Below, piece after piece: positions 21,151 to 30,667 of a stretch of DNA of 37,812 bases. The notes beneath the pieces were generated by a model. That model was not told where the DNA came from, did no database searches, and was given only the letters and a program-made list of their open reading frames with translations. The first letter of the stretch is position 1, and each line of letters opens with the position of its first letter. The translations under genes were made by a program, and so were the position numbers. The stretch comes from an uncultured Aquificales bacterium. GTDB lineage: Bacteria; Thermosulfidibacterota; Thermosulfidibacteria; Thermosulfidibacterales; Thermosulfidibacteraceae. The DNA lies in NCBI GenBank assembly GCA_964411615.1, contig CAYPLO010000005.1, forward strand, positions 5,828 to 43,639, in the 5' to 3' direction.

Positions 21151-21936
21151 ATGAAAGGGAACGGCATAACGGGAGCTATTGCGTATCTGGGAAGGCTTGG
21201 GCTCATGCCTGTCTATACCCTGGGCAGGGCCGGTCTGTTCTTGATGAACACCGTTTTGTGGACCTTTTCCCCTCCCATAAAGTGGAGACGCATAGTTAAG
21301 CAGGTGTACTTCATAGGCTCCAAGTCCATCAGCATAGTGGCCCTGACGGGGGGCTTCACCGGGATGGTCCTTGCCCTTGAGACCTACTACGCCATGAGGA
21401 AGTTCGGTGCCGAGGCCCTTCTGGGCCCAACCGTTGCCCTCTCCATGATAAGGGAGCTTGGGCCCGTGATATCTGCCCTAATGATAACTGCGAGGGCAGG
21501 CTCGGCCATAACAGCAGAGATAGGGATAATGAAGATAACGGAGCAGCTGGATGCCCTGGAGATGATGGCCCTCAGCCCCTTCAGGTACATAATGGTTCCC
21601 AACTTTGTGGCCTCCCTCATCTCCTTTCCGCTGCTTGCAGCCCTCTTTGATGTGTCGGGCATATTCGGAGGGTACCTTGTAGGAGTGAGGCTTCTGGGTT
21701 TGAGCGAGGGCACCTACTTCGGTGAGATGAAGAGCTATGTGGACATACACGAGATTGTCCACGGCAATGTCAAATCTCTGGCCTTTGGACTTCTGGTCTA
21801 CTGGGTCTGTTGCTACTGTGGCTACTACACCGGCTACGGTGCCGAGGGGGTGAGCAGGGCCACCACCAGGGCCGTTGTGGTCTCATCCGTCCTCATCCTT
21901 GTGGCGGACTATGTGATAACGTCTCTGCTCTTTTAG
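21151..21936 (+). CDS. mlaE: MlaE-family phospholipid ABC transporter permease
   Basis: FTGMVLAL, IRELGPVISALMITARAGSAITAEIGIMKITEQLDALEMM, GAEGVSRATTRAVV. Confidence 0.95.
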   Translation: MKGNGITGAIAYLGRLGLMPVYTLGRAGLFLMNTVLWTFSPPIKWRRIVKQVYFIGSKSISIVALTGGFTGMVLALETYYAMRKFGAEALLGPTVALSMIRELGPVISALMITARAGSAITAEIGIMKITEQLDALEMMALSPFRYIMVPNFVASLISFPLLAALFDVSGIFGGYLVGVRLLGLSEGTYFGEMKSYVDIHEIVHGNVKSLAFGLLVYWVCCYCGYYTGYGAEGVSRATTRAVVVSSVLILVADYVITSLLF

Positions 21937-21938
21937 CC

Positions 21939-22706
21939 ATGATAGAGGTTGTGGACCTTCATACGAAGCTCAAGGGACAGGAGGTTTTGAGAGGGGTCAA
22001 CCTCAGGATTGAGACGGGGGAGGTTGTCGCCCTCATTGGAAGAAGCGGAGAGGGCAAAAGCGTGCTGGTGAAGCATATCGTTGGTCTGATGAGGGGAACC
22101 AGGGGCAGGGTATTCGTTGACGGCGAGGAGGTGACGGGGGCTAAGGGTAAGAGGCTTGAGAGGATAAGGGAGAAGATGGGCTTTCTCTTTCAGGAGGGTG
22201 CCCTCTTTGACTCCTACACCGTCTTTGAGAACGTGGCCTTTCCCCTGGTGGAGAAGACGGACCTTCCCATGGAGAAGATAAGGGAGATAGTGCTTCACGA
22301 GCTTGAGCAGGTGGGGCTTAAGGGCATGGAGAACAAGTATCCTGCAGAGCTTTCGGGAGGCATGAAGAAGAGGGCGGCCCTTGCAAGGTGTATGGTTCTG
22401 AGGCCCAGATACATGTTCTTTGATGAGCCCACAACGGGCCTTGACCCTCTTACCACCAAGTCCATCCACGAGCTCATAATGGAGACCTACAGAAGGACGA
22501 AATTTACAGGCATAATAATATCCCACGAGATACCCGAAATCTTCTCCCTGGTTCATAAGGTGGCCATGCTACATGAGGGCAGAATCGTCTTCTTCGGAAC
22601 ACCAGATGAGATTATGAGCACCGATAATCCTGTGGTTAGAAGGTTCATAGATGCTGCACTTGAGACTAGAAGCTTAGAGGGTGGTGGCCATGGACAGGGA
22701 TTATAG
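21939..22706 (+). CDS. mlaF: MlaF-family ABC ATPase
   Basis: [45 protein letters not shown]. Start reassigned to ATG 21939. Confidence 0.94.
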   Translation: MIEVVDLHTKLKGQEVLRGVNLRIETGEVVALIGRSGEGKSVLVKHIVGLMRGTRGRVFVDGEEVTGAKGKRLERIREKMGFLFQEGALFDSYTVFENVAFPLVEKTDLPMEKIREIVLHELEQVGLKGMENKYPAELSGGMKKRAALARCMVLRPRYMFFDEPTTGLDPLTTKSIHELIMETYRRTKFTGIIISHEIPEIFSLVHKVAMLHEGRIVFFGTPDEIMSTDNPVVRRFIDAALETRSLEGGGHGQGL

Positions 22707-23175
22707 GATTGAGCTTGCGGTAGGGGTCTTTATGCTCATAGGCATACTCTCCTTAGCCTACCTCTCCATAAAACTGGGAAAGATGGAGGTGCTAAGCAAC
22801 AGGGGAACCCTGCTTTACGCCAAGTTCGTCAATGTGGGGGGACTGAAGCAGGGGGCTGATGTGGAGATAGCAGGTGTTCCCGTGGGGAGGGTCAAGAGCA
22901 TAGAGCTTGACCCCAACACCTATCAGGCCAAGGTGGCCCTGCTCATAAAGCCGGGGATAAGGATACAGGAGGATGCCATAGCCGCCGTCAAGACCAAGGG
23001 CCTGATAGGGGAGAAGTACGTGGAGATAACCCCGGGTGCCTCAAACAGGTATCTCAAAAGCGGCGATTACATAAAGGAGACCCAGTCCGCCTTCAGCCTT
23101 GAGGACGCCATAGGCAAGCTCATCTTCGGCAGCACCTCGGGGAAGGAGGATAAGGAGGAGAGTCTGGAGGAGTGA
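22690..23175 (+). CDS. mlaD: MlaD (MCE-domain) protein
   Basis: ELAVGVF TM anchor, [39 protein letters not shown]. Start ATG 22690 (SD GAGGGTGG). Confidence 0.94.
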   Translation: MDRDYRIELAVGVFMLIGILSLAYLSIKLGKMEVLSNRGTLLYAKFVNVGGLKQGADVEIAGVPVGRVKSIELDPNTYQAKVALLIKPGIRIQEDAIAAVKTKGLIGEKYVEITPGASNRYLKSGDYIKETQSAFSLEDAIGKLIFGSTSGKEDKEESLEE

Positions 23176-23176
23176 G

Positions 23177-23887
23177 ATGAGGGCGTTGCTGGTGTCTTTT
23201 ATGCTTTTATCCCTTGTTGCCGGGGCCAGCGCGGGTATAGTGATAGAGTGCGCATCCCAGCAGGTCTGCTATCAGGAGGATGTTGAGGTATCGGACCCCT
23301 TTGAGCCTGTGAACAGGGCCTTTTTCGGCTTCAACGACAGGTTCTACTACTGGTTCCTGAGACCGGTGGGCAAGGGCTACAGCAAGGTGGTGCCGGAGCC
23401 TGTGAGGAGGTCCATCGACAACTTCCTCCACAACCTGATGACCCCCATAAGGATGGTGAACGACCTGCTCCAGCTGAAACTCAAAAAGTTCGTCATAGAG
23501 TTCGCCCGCCTTCTGGCCAACACCACCGTTGGGGTTGGAGGGCTCTTTGACCCGGCGGCCAAGTGGTTCAACCTGCCCCGTCAGGACGAGGACTTCGGCC
23601 AGACCCTGGGAACCTGGGGTGTGGGTGAGATTGCCTACGTGGACTGGCCCGTTCTGGGGCCTTCCGATGTGAGGGACAGCACCGGTGATATCGTTGACTC
23701 CTTCTTTGACCCCCTTTACTACCTGCTGAACTTCTGGACCTATGTTGGGGTGAGGGGATTCTACGAGTTCAACAGGTTCTCCTTCAACGTGGATATGTAC
23801 CACGAAATAAAGGAGGAGTCCTTTGAGCCCTATGTGGCGGTGAGGAACATGTACATACAGCACAGAAGGTACCTTGTGGAGCACTGA
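23177..23887 (+). CDS. mlaA: MlaA/VacJ-family outer-membrane lipid asymmetry protein
   Basis: [62 protein letters not shown]. Confidence 0.93.
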   Translation: MRALLVSFMLLSLVAGASAGIVIECASQQVCYQEDVEVSDPFEPVNRAFFGFNDRFYYWFLRPVGKGYSKVVPEPVRRSIDNFLHNLMTPIRMVNDLLQLKLKKFVIEFARLLANTTVGVGGLFDPAAKWFNLPRQDEDFGQTLGTWGVGEIAYVDWPVLGPSDVRDSTGDIVDSFFDPLYYLLNFWTYVGVRGFYEFNRFSFNVDMYHEIKEESFEPYVAVRNMYIQHRRYLVEH

Positions 23888-23898
23888 GGGAGGGGAGC

Positions 23899-24489
23899 AT
23901 GAGGAGGTTCTTTTCGCTGCTTCTGGTCCTTGTCTGTTTTTCTTTGGCCTACGCCAAAACCACCCCCATGGACTTCGTTAAGGACAGGGTCAACTCCATA
24001 ATAGAGGTCCTTAAGAGCACGAAGCTCTCATCTAAGGAGAAGATGGATAGGGTGGGGCGTATAATAGACTCCTCCATCTACTGGGAAAGGGTTGCGAAGA
24101 TGGTCCTCGGCATACACTACAGGAGCATTAAAAGAGAGCAGTTTGACCAGTTTTCCCGTCTGTTTCGCAGGTTCGTGGTTAAGGTTTACTCTAAGAAGTT
24201 CGTCAAGTACTCTGTTGGGGAGGACCTGTCCAAGATAAGGGTCATATACAAGCGGCAGATAAAGGAGGATGACACCTACACCGTGCTCATGGACCTGATA
24301 ACGGCCAAGGGAAGTGTTGTCCCCATAAGCTGCAAGGTGGCAGAGGTCAACGGCAGGTGGCTCATTTACGATATATACGTTGAGGGCATAAGCATGGTGA
24401 ACAACTACAGGAGCCAGATAAACAGGGTTATATTGAAGAGGGGATTCAACCACCTCATGAAGGTGCTAAGGAGGAAGGTGAAGGGATAG
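23899..24489 (+). CDS. mlaC: MlaC/Ttg2D periplasmic phospholipid shuttle
   Basis: Signal peptide ending AYA, WLIYDIYVEGISMVNNYRSQ signature, operon context. Confidence 0.92.
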   Translation: MRRFFSLLLVLVCFSLAYAKTTPMDFVKDRVNSIIEVLKSTKLSSKEKMDRVGRIIDSSIYWERVAKMVLGIHYRSIKREQFDQFSRLFRRFVVKVYSKKFVKYSVGEDLSKIRVIYKRQIKEDDTYTVLMDLITAKGSVVPISCKVAEVNGRWLIYDIYVEGISMVNNYRSQINRVILKRGFNHLMKVLRRKVKG

Positions 24490-24493
24490 TTCT

Positions 24494-26239
24494 ATGAACT
24501 ATGAGGAGCTGTACCGTCTTCTTGATAAGTCCTCCCACCTTCTCTTCTTCCTCACCACAGACTTTTTCAAGCCCCCTGTCTATGTGAACAGGGCCTGCGA
24601 GCTCATCACAGGCTATTCTAAAGAAGAGTTCTACAGTAGTCTCTCCCCTTACAAAATAATCCATCCCACCGACAGGGAGGAGGCGGCGAGGAGGTTCTCC
24701 TCAACGGAGAGGCCCTTTGAGTACACCTTTAAGCTTTTGTGCAAGAACGGAGATGTGAAGTGGGTAAGGTGCGCCTTCGGCCGTATGAGGTATGGGGACG
24801 GGTTGGTTCTGGCGGGGATAGGGGTTGAGGTGACTTCTCTTGTGGGGACGAAGGAGACCCTCAGAACCGTTGTTGAGCTTATGGACGAAGGCGTTGTGGT
24901 GATGGACAGGGATTTGAGGATACTGATGGTGAATGAGCCTCTCAGGAGGATAGCGGCTCCTCAGTACAGTATTGAGGAGGTGATAGGAAGGAAGTGCTAT
25001 GAAGTGGTCTACAGCAGGAGTGCTCCCTGTGAGGATTGTCCTACCGTCAGGGCCATAGAGTCTTGTTCCTCTCAGGTCAAGGTTGTTCATGTGGGCAGGG
25101 ATAAGAGGGAGAGGTGGTTTGAGGTGAAGTCCAAGCCCATCCTTGACGAGACGGGCTACGTGATGGGTGTGGTGGAGTATGTTCGGGATATAACCCACCA
25201 GAAGCTCAGGGAAAAGAACATTATGAGGGAGGAGAGGATAAAGACCCTTGAGAGGGTTTCGGGCGGTATAGCCCACGACTTCAACAACATCCTGGCGGTG
25301 ATTATGGCCGCCTCATCCACCCTCAGGATGTCTCTGAGGGACCCCTCCCAGCTTGCCCAGGTTGAGGCCATAGAGCAGGCCTGTGCCAAGGCCAGGGACC
25401 TGGTGAGGCAGTTCCTCTCCTTCTCCGACCATCATGTTCCCCAGAAGAGGAGGGTTAACCTGAAGAAGCTCCTTGAGGAGACCGTTCGCATACTCGCCTA
25501 CGGGCTCTCCTTTGCCGTTGAGCTTGATGCGGAGGATGCCGAGGTGGAGGTTGACCCTGTCCAGTTCTCCCGTGTCTTCCAGAACCTCATCATAAACGCC
25601 ATAGAGGCGGTGGAGGAGAAAGGGGAGGGGGATGTGAAGGTGGTCCTCAAAAGGGTTGATGGAGGCGTCAGGATAGAGGTGAGGGACACCGGTGTGGGGA
25701 TGGACGAGAGGACCATGAAGAGGATTTTTGAGCCCTTCTTCACCACGAAGTCCGGTGGCACGGGTATGGGGCTCTTTGTGGCAAAGTCCATACTGAAGAG
25801 CCACGGGGCCACCCTCACCGTTGACAGTAAACCCGGGGAGGGGACCACCTTCTCTGTCTTTCTGCCGGACCAGGGGACGTCCAAGGCTCTTAAGACGGTG
25901 CTTGTGATGGACGACACCATGTCCCTGAGGCAGGTGGTTAAGCTTTACCTTGAGGGTAAGGGGCACCACGTCCTTGAGGCCTCCTGCGGTGAGGAGTTGC
26001 TGGAGTTGCTGAAGGCGAAACCCCAGGTTGATGTGTTCCTGCTTGACGCTGTGGTGGAGTCAGGTATGGGGGCCTTTGAGGTTGTGGATGAGATTAGGGA
26101 AAGGTATCCCGAGGCCCTTCTTATTCTCACCTCGGGCTTTGTGGACGCTGAGCTTGAGAGGAGGGCTAAGGAGAAGGGATTTCACATGGTCCTTCCAAAG
26201 CCCTTCACCATGGCCCAGCTTGAGGAGGCCATAGGTTAG
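24494..26239 (+). CDS. Cytoplasmic hybrid sensor histidine kinase (PAS-PAS-HisKA-HATPase-REC)
   Basis: PAS (YVNRACELITGYSKEE...IHPTDR), second PAS with CYEV...PCEDCP, H-box GGIAHDFNNIL, NLIINA, DTGVGM, FEPFFTTK..GTGMGL, receiver VMDD...LLD...TSG...KPF. No TM segment seen. Confidence 0.93.
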   Translation: MNYEELYRLLDKSSHLLFFLTTDFFKPPVYVNRACELITGYSKEEFYSSLSPYKIIHPTDREEAARRFSSTERPFEYTFKLLCKNGDVKWVRCAFGRMRYGDGLVLAGIGVEVTSLVGTKETLRTVVELMDEGVVVMDRDLRILMVNEPLRRIAAPQYSIEEVIGRKCYEVVYSRSAPCEDCPTVRAIESCSSQVKVVHVGRDKRERWFEVKSKPILDETGYVMGVVEYVRDITHQKLREKNIMREERIKTLERVSGGIAHDFNNILAVIMAASSTLRMSLRDPSQLAQVEAIEQACAKARDLVRQFLSFSDHHVPQKRRVNLKKLLEETVRILAYGLSFAVELDAEDAEVEVDPVQFSRVFQNLIINAIEAVEEKGEGDVKVVLKRVDGGVRIEVRDTGVGMDERTMKRIFEPFFTTKSGGTGMGLFVAKSILKSHGATLTVDSKPGEGTTFSVFLPDQGTSKALKTVLVMDDTMSLRQVVKLYLEGKGHHVLEASCGEELLELLKAKPQVDVFLLDAVVESGMGAFEVVDEIRERYPEALLILTSGFVDAELERRAKEKGFHMVLPKPFTMAQLEEAIG

Positions 26240-26246
26240 CCTTCTG

Positions 26247-26276
26247 TTGACACCGCTTTCCTCAAGGATATACATT
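26247..26276 (+). promoter_or_regulatory. Sigma70-type promoter for ribBA-ribH-nusB-der-mltG and probably the downstream cluster
   Basis: Perfect TTGACA (26247-52), then TATACA (16-nt spacer) or TACATT (18-nt spacer, 26271-76). SD GGAGGT before ATG 26303. Confidence 0.6.
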
Positions 26277-26302
26277 CTAAGGACCTTTTCCGGAGGTGCG
26301 CC

Positions 26303-27520
26303 ATGGCAGACTTTCAGTTCAACACCATAGAGGAGGCCCTTGAGGACTTAAGGCAGGGGAAGATGGTTATAGTGGTGGACGATGAGGACAGGGAGAACGA
26401 GGGGGACCTGGTTATAGCCGCCGAGAAGGTGACCCCTGAGGCCATAAACTTCATGGCCAAGTACGGAAGGGGGCTCATCTGCCTTGCCCTCACCCCCGAA
26501 AGGTGCGAGGAGCTGAACCTTCCCCTCATGGCTCCCGATGGCAACGCACTTCATGAGACCGCCTTCACCGTCTCCATAGATGCCAGGGAGGGGGTCACAA
26601 CGGGGATATCCGCCGCCGACAGGGCCCATACCATAAAGGTGGCCATAGACCCCAAGACCAAGCCCTCTGACCTGGTGAGGCCTGGCCATATCTTTCCCCT
26701 GAGGGCCAGAAGGGGAGGGGTGCTCAAGCGGGCTGGGCACACCGAGGCGGCTGTGGATTTGGCAAGACTGGCAGGCCTGTATCCTGCTGGGGTTATCTGC
26801 GAAATCATGAACGACGACGGAACCATGGCCAGGGTTCCCCAGCTTATGGAGTTTGCAAAAAGGTTCAATCTCAAGATTATAACCATAGCGGACCTGATTA
26901 AGTACAGGCTCCAGAGGGAGTTCCACGTTAAGAGGATAGCCGAGGCAAACCTCCCCACCCCGTATGGGGAGTTCAGGCTCATAGCCTACCATAGCGAGAT
27001 AGACGAGCAGACCCACGTGGCACTGGTGAAGGGAGAGGTTGCTGGGGAGGAGCCGGTGCTTGTGAGGATGCACTCTCAGTGCCTGACCGGGGATGTCTTC
27101 CACTCCCTAAGGTGCGATTGCGGGGCACAGCTTCACAGGTCCATGCAGATGATAGCCGAGGAGGGCAGGGGGGTTCTTGTGTACCTCTCTCAGGAGGGAA
27201 GGGGTATAGGTCTTGCCAACAAGATAAGGGCCTACCATCTTCAGGATAACGGCTGCGATACCGTGGAGGCCAACCTCAGGCTGGGCTTCCCCCCCGATTT
27301 GAGGGACTACGGAACGGGAGCCCAGATACTGGTTGATTTGGGGGTAAAAAAGATAAGGCTTCTGACAAACAACCCCAGGAAGATAGTGGGATTGAGGGGT
27401 TACGGCCTTGAGGTGGTTGAGAGGGTACCCATAGAGATTCCGCCAAACCCCTACAACCTCAACTACCTGGCGTGCAAGAGGGACAAGCTTGGACACATGC
27501 TAACACTGGAGGATAAGTGA
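26303..27520 (+). CDS. ribBA: Bifunctional 3,4-dihydroxy-2-butanone-4-phosphate synthase / GTP cyclohydrolase II
   Basis: [72 protein letters not shown]. Confidence 0.98.
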   Translation: MADFQFNTIEEALEDLRQGKMVIVVDDEDRENEGDLVIAAEKVTPEAINFMAKYGRGLICLALTPERCEELNLPLMAPDGNALHETAFTVSIDAREGVTTGISAADRAHTIKVAIDPKTKPSDLVRPGHIFPLRARRGGVLKRAGHTEAAVDLARLAGLYPAGVICEIMNDDGTMARVPQLMEFAKRFNLKIITIADLIKYRLQREFHVKRIAEANLPTPYGEFRLIAYHSEIDEQTHVALVKGEVAGEEPVLVRMHSQCLTGDVFHSLRCDCGAQLHRSMQMIAEEGRGVLVYLSQEGRGIGLANKIRAYHLQDNGCDTVEANLRLGFPPDLRDYGTGAQILVDLGVKKIRLLTNNPRKIVGLRGYGLEVVERVPIEIPPNPYNLNYLACKRDKLGHMLTLEDK

Positions 27521-27981
27521 TGAAGGTTTACGAGGGGAATTTAGTAGGCAGGGGGCTTAGGATAGCCATAGTGGTGAGCAGGTTCAACGAGTTCATAACC
27601 AGCAAGCTCCTTGATGGGGCCCTTGACGCCCTTCGCAGGCACGAGGTTGACGAGGAGTCCATTGAGGTCTTCTGGGTTCCCGGGGCCTTTGAGATACCCC
27701 TTGTGGCGAAAAGGCTGGCCCAGAAGGAGTATGATGCCGTCATCTGCCTTGGTGCCGTCATAAGGGGCTCCACCCCCCACTTTGAGTATGTTAGTGCTGA
27801 GGTGAGCAAGGGCATAGCCAACGCCGCCCTTGAGACGGGCAAACCCATAATCTTTGGGGTTATAACCGCAGATACTGTTGAGCAGGCGGTTGAGCGCGCA
27901 GGCACCAAGATGGGCAACAAGGGCTTTGCCGCCGCCATGTCCGCCATAGAGATGGCCAATCTCATGAGGCAACTGGACTGA
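27520..27981 (+). CDS. ribH: 6,7-dimethyl-8-ribityllumazine synthase
   Basis: [46 protein letters not shown]. Confidence 0.98.
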   Translation: MKVYEGNLVGRGLRIAIVVSRFNEFITSKLLDGALDALRRHEVDEESIEVFWVPGAFEIPLVAKRLAQKEYDAVICLGAVIRGSTPHFEYVSAEVSKGIANAALETGKPIIFGVITADTVEQAVERAGTKMGNKGFAAAMSAIEMANLMRQLD

Positions 27982-28400
27982 TGGGGAGAAGGAGGGGGTT
28001 CAGGTCCGTATTCAGGGAGCTCCTGCTTCAGGTTCTGTATCAGTGGGAGTTCAGGAAAGACTACGAGACCATAGATGAGGTCCTTGACAGCTTCATAAAG
28101 AACCGGAGGAACAGGTTCATAAAGGCCTTAAGGGAGAGGGCTAAGGAGCTGGTTGAGGTAAACGATGAGCTTGAGAGGATAATCCAGGAGAACTCCAACT
28201 ACCCCTGCAGCAAAATGGACCTGATAGATAAGGTTATCCTGAAGATAGCCCTCTTTGAGATGCTCTATAAGGGCCTTCCCCCTGAGGTCTCCATAAGCGA
28301 GGCCGTTAAGCTGAGCAGAAAGTTCTCCTCTCCCAACTCCTACAGGTTCGTGAATGCCGTTCTGGGGCAGGTGAGCAGGGATGTCCTCAAGGGTTCCTAA
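27981..28400 (+). CDS. nusB: Transcription antitermination factor NusB
   Basis: Arg-rich N-terminus, LQVLYQWE, IDKVILKIALFEM, VSISEAVKLSRKFS...FVNAVL. Conserved ribH-nusB order. Confidence 0.93.
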   Translation: MGRRRGFRSVFRELLLQVLYQWEFRKDYETIDEVLDSFIKNRRNRFIKALRERAKELVEVNDELERIIQENSNYPCSKMDLIDKVILKIALFEMLYKGLPPEVSISEAVKLSRKFSSPNSYRFVNAVLGQVSRDVLKGS

Positions 28401-29688
28401 GGTTGCCATAGTGGGAAGGCCCAACGTGGGCAAGTCTTCCCTGTTCAACAGGCTCGTTGGCAGAAGGAGGGCCATTGTGGCTCCGGACCCTGGGGTTACT
28501 GTTGACAGGATAGAGGAGGAGGTTGAGTATCAGGGCCACAGGTTCATCCTGGTGGATACAGGTGGGATTACCGAGCGGGAAGGTAGGATGGACAGGGAGA
28601 TAAGGGCCCAGGTGGAGCAGGCCATAGAGGAGTCCGATGTGCTATGGTTTATGGTGGACGCCATGGAGGGGCTGCACCCCCTCGATGAGGTGGTGGCGGA
28701 GAGGCTCAGGCACACCCCTAAGCCCGTGGTTCTCGTGGTGAACAAGGCGGACAACGAGGTGCTGAAGGCATCGGCCTCAGAGTTCTACTCCCTTGGTGTG
28801 GAGCCGGTCTTCACCATCTCCGTCACCCAGAAGAGGGGGATATCGGAGCTTCTGGACTACACGGTGGGGCTCCTTCCCGAGCCTGAGGCGGAGGCTTGTG
28901 AGGAGGTCTGCCACATCGCCGTGGTGGGAAGGCCCAATGTGGGCAAGTCCTCAATAATAAACAGGCTGGTGGGTGCCCCAAGGACGGTGGTGACGGAGAT
29001 ACCCGGAACCACCAAGGACGCCGTGGATGTGAGGCTTGAGACCCCTCAGGGGGTGGTGGTCCTCATAGATACGGCGGGCCTGAGGAGGAAGAGCCGTGTG
29101 AGCTCAAAGCTTGAGGCCTACAGCATCACCCGCACCGTTGAGAGCATAAGAAGGTGCCATGTGGCCGTCCTTGTGCTGGATGCCACTGAGGGGGTGACAG
29201 AACAGGACAAGAAGATAGCAGGGCTTGTGGTAAAGGAGAAGAAGGGGATAATCGTTGCCTTAAACAAGATGGACTTAGTTGAGGGAAGGGGCCACAGTAT
29301 TCTCAGGGAGGCAAAGGAGGAGCTCTACTTTCTGCCTGTGGGGGCCCCTTTTATACTCACCTCTGCCGTTACAGGAAGGGGGCTTTCCCGCATAGTCCCT
29401 GAGGCCCTTGAGATAGAGCGCATACGCTCGACAAGGGTGAATACTGCAAAGGTGAACAGAGCCATAGAGCAGATAGTGGAGCATCATCAACCCCCCGCCG
29501 TTAAGGGAAGGTACATCCGTATCCTCTACGGAACCCAGGTGGATGTGAGACCACCAACCTTTGTGGTCTTCTCCAACTACCCTGAGGAGCTGCCTGACCA
29601 CTACAGGCGCTACTTTGAGAAGTCCCTGAGTGAACATCTGGGCTTTGAGAAGGTTCCCATTGAGGTTATCTGGAGGAAGAGAGCTTAG
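28381..29688 (+). CDS. der: Ribosome biogenesis GTPase Der (EngA)
   Basis: Two GTPase domains (GRPNVGKSS twice, DTGG/DTAG, NKAD/NKMD) and KH-like C-terminus (PPTFVVF...YRRY). Confidence 0.97.
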   Translation: MSSRVPKVAIVGRPNVGKSSLFNRLVGRRRAIVAPDPGVTVDRIEEEVEYQGHRFILVDTGGITEREGRMDREIRAQVEQAIEESDVLWFMVDAMEGLHPLDEVVAERLRHTPKPVVLVVNKADNEVLKASASEFYSLGVEPVFTISVTQKRGISELLDYTVGLLPEPEAEACEEVCHIAVVGRPNVGKSSIINRLVGAPRTVVTEIPGTTKDAVDVRLETPQGVVVLIDTAGLRRKSRVSSKLEAYSITRTVESIRRCHVAVLVLDATEGVTEQDKKIAGLVVKEKKGIIVALNKMDLVEGRGHSILREAKEELYFLPVGAPFILTSAVTGRGLSRIVPEALEIERIRSTRVNTAKVNRAIEQIVEHHQPPAVKGRYIRILYGTQVDVRPPTFVVFSNYPEELPDHYRRYFEKSLSEHLGFEKVPIEVIWRKRA

Positions 29689-30667
29689 CCTCGTAGTCCT
29701 GCTGTTCCTTCTCACCTTTCTTCTGGTTCTCTTCTTCTGGTTCCAGAGTGTGCTCAACAGGCCCCTTGATGCCTTTGTGGGTGTTGAGGTGGTTGTGAAG
29801 AAGGGGGAGACCGCAGGGGATTTTGTTAAAAGGCTTAAATCTTTGGGCCTTGTTCCCAGCTCTTTACCCGTTGTTATCTATCTGCGCCTTAAAGGCTGGG
29901 ACAGGAGGATAAGGCCTGCGGCTGTGAAGGTGGAGAGGGACGATACGGTGGCCACCCTCATTGAGAGGGTGGTCTTCTACCATGAAAGGCCTGTAAGGGT
30001 GGTGGTCTCGGAGGGGATGGACCTGTTTGATATCGCCTGGAGGCTGGATAGGCTCGGTATAACCAACGGCACCGCTTTTCTGGACTTTGCCCTCTCCCCT
30101 GATGCTGCCTCAAGGTTCGGGCTGTGGGGCTCCACCCTTGAGGGGTATCTATTCCCCGACACCTACCTTCTGCCGAGGAATCTTACTCCGGAGAGGGTGG
30201 CCGCCGTTATGGTTGGTAACTTCAAGAGAAAGGCCCTCCCCCTCCTTGAAGGGGCATCCCTACTTTCACCTTACCAGACCCTCATAGTGGCATCCCTGAT
30301 ACAGAGGGAGACCTACAATGCTGAGGAGATGCCCTACATAGCCAGTGTCATATACAACAGGTTGAAGAGGGGCATGCCTCTACAGATAGACTCTACGGTG
30401 ATATACGCCTACCGTGTAAAGCACAGGAAGAGGGAGATATTTGTCCCCAGACCCGTCCATCTCAGGGTAGATTCCCCCTACAACACCTACAGGGTTCGTG
30501 GGCTTCCCCCTACCCCCATCTGCAACCCTGGTCTTGATGCTATAAAGGCGGCCCTTCATCCCGCAGAGACCGGTTATCTATACTTCGTATCAAAAGGGGA
30601 TGGCACCCATTACTTCTCAAAGACCCTGAGGGAGCACAACAGAGCTGTTCGCAGGTTCCTGAGGTGA
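29630..30667 (+). CDS. mltG: Endolytic transglycosylase MltG (YceG family)
   Basis: N-terminal TM, LEGYLFPDTY, ASLIQRE (catalytic Glu), IASVIYNRLKRGMPLQIDSTV, SPYNTY...GLPPTPICNPG, YLYFV. Start uncertain (GTG 29630 or TTG 29660). Confidence 0.94.
   Translation: MNIWALRRFPLRLSGGRELSLVVLLFLLTFLLVLFFWFQSVLNRPLDAFVGVEVVVKKGETAGDFVKRLKSLGLVPSSLPVVIYLRLKGWDRRIRPAAVKVERDDTVATLIERVVFYHERPVRVVVSEGMDLFDIAWRLDRLGITNGTAFLDFALSPDAASRFGLWGSTLEGYLFPDTYLLPRNLTPERVAAVMVGNFKRKALPLLEGASLLSPYQTLIVASLIQRETYNAEEMPYIASVIYNRLKRGMPLQIDSTVIYAYRVKHRKREIFVPRPVHLRVDSPYNTYRVRGLPPTPICNPGLDAIKAALHPAETGYLYFVSKGDGTHYFSKTLREHNRAVRRFLR

Noticed and set aside
26240..26302. FMN riboswitch upstream of ribBA
   Set aside because: The gap is only 63 nt, mostly promoter and SD, with no RFN consensus.
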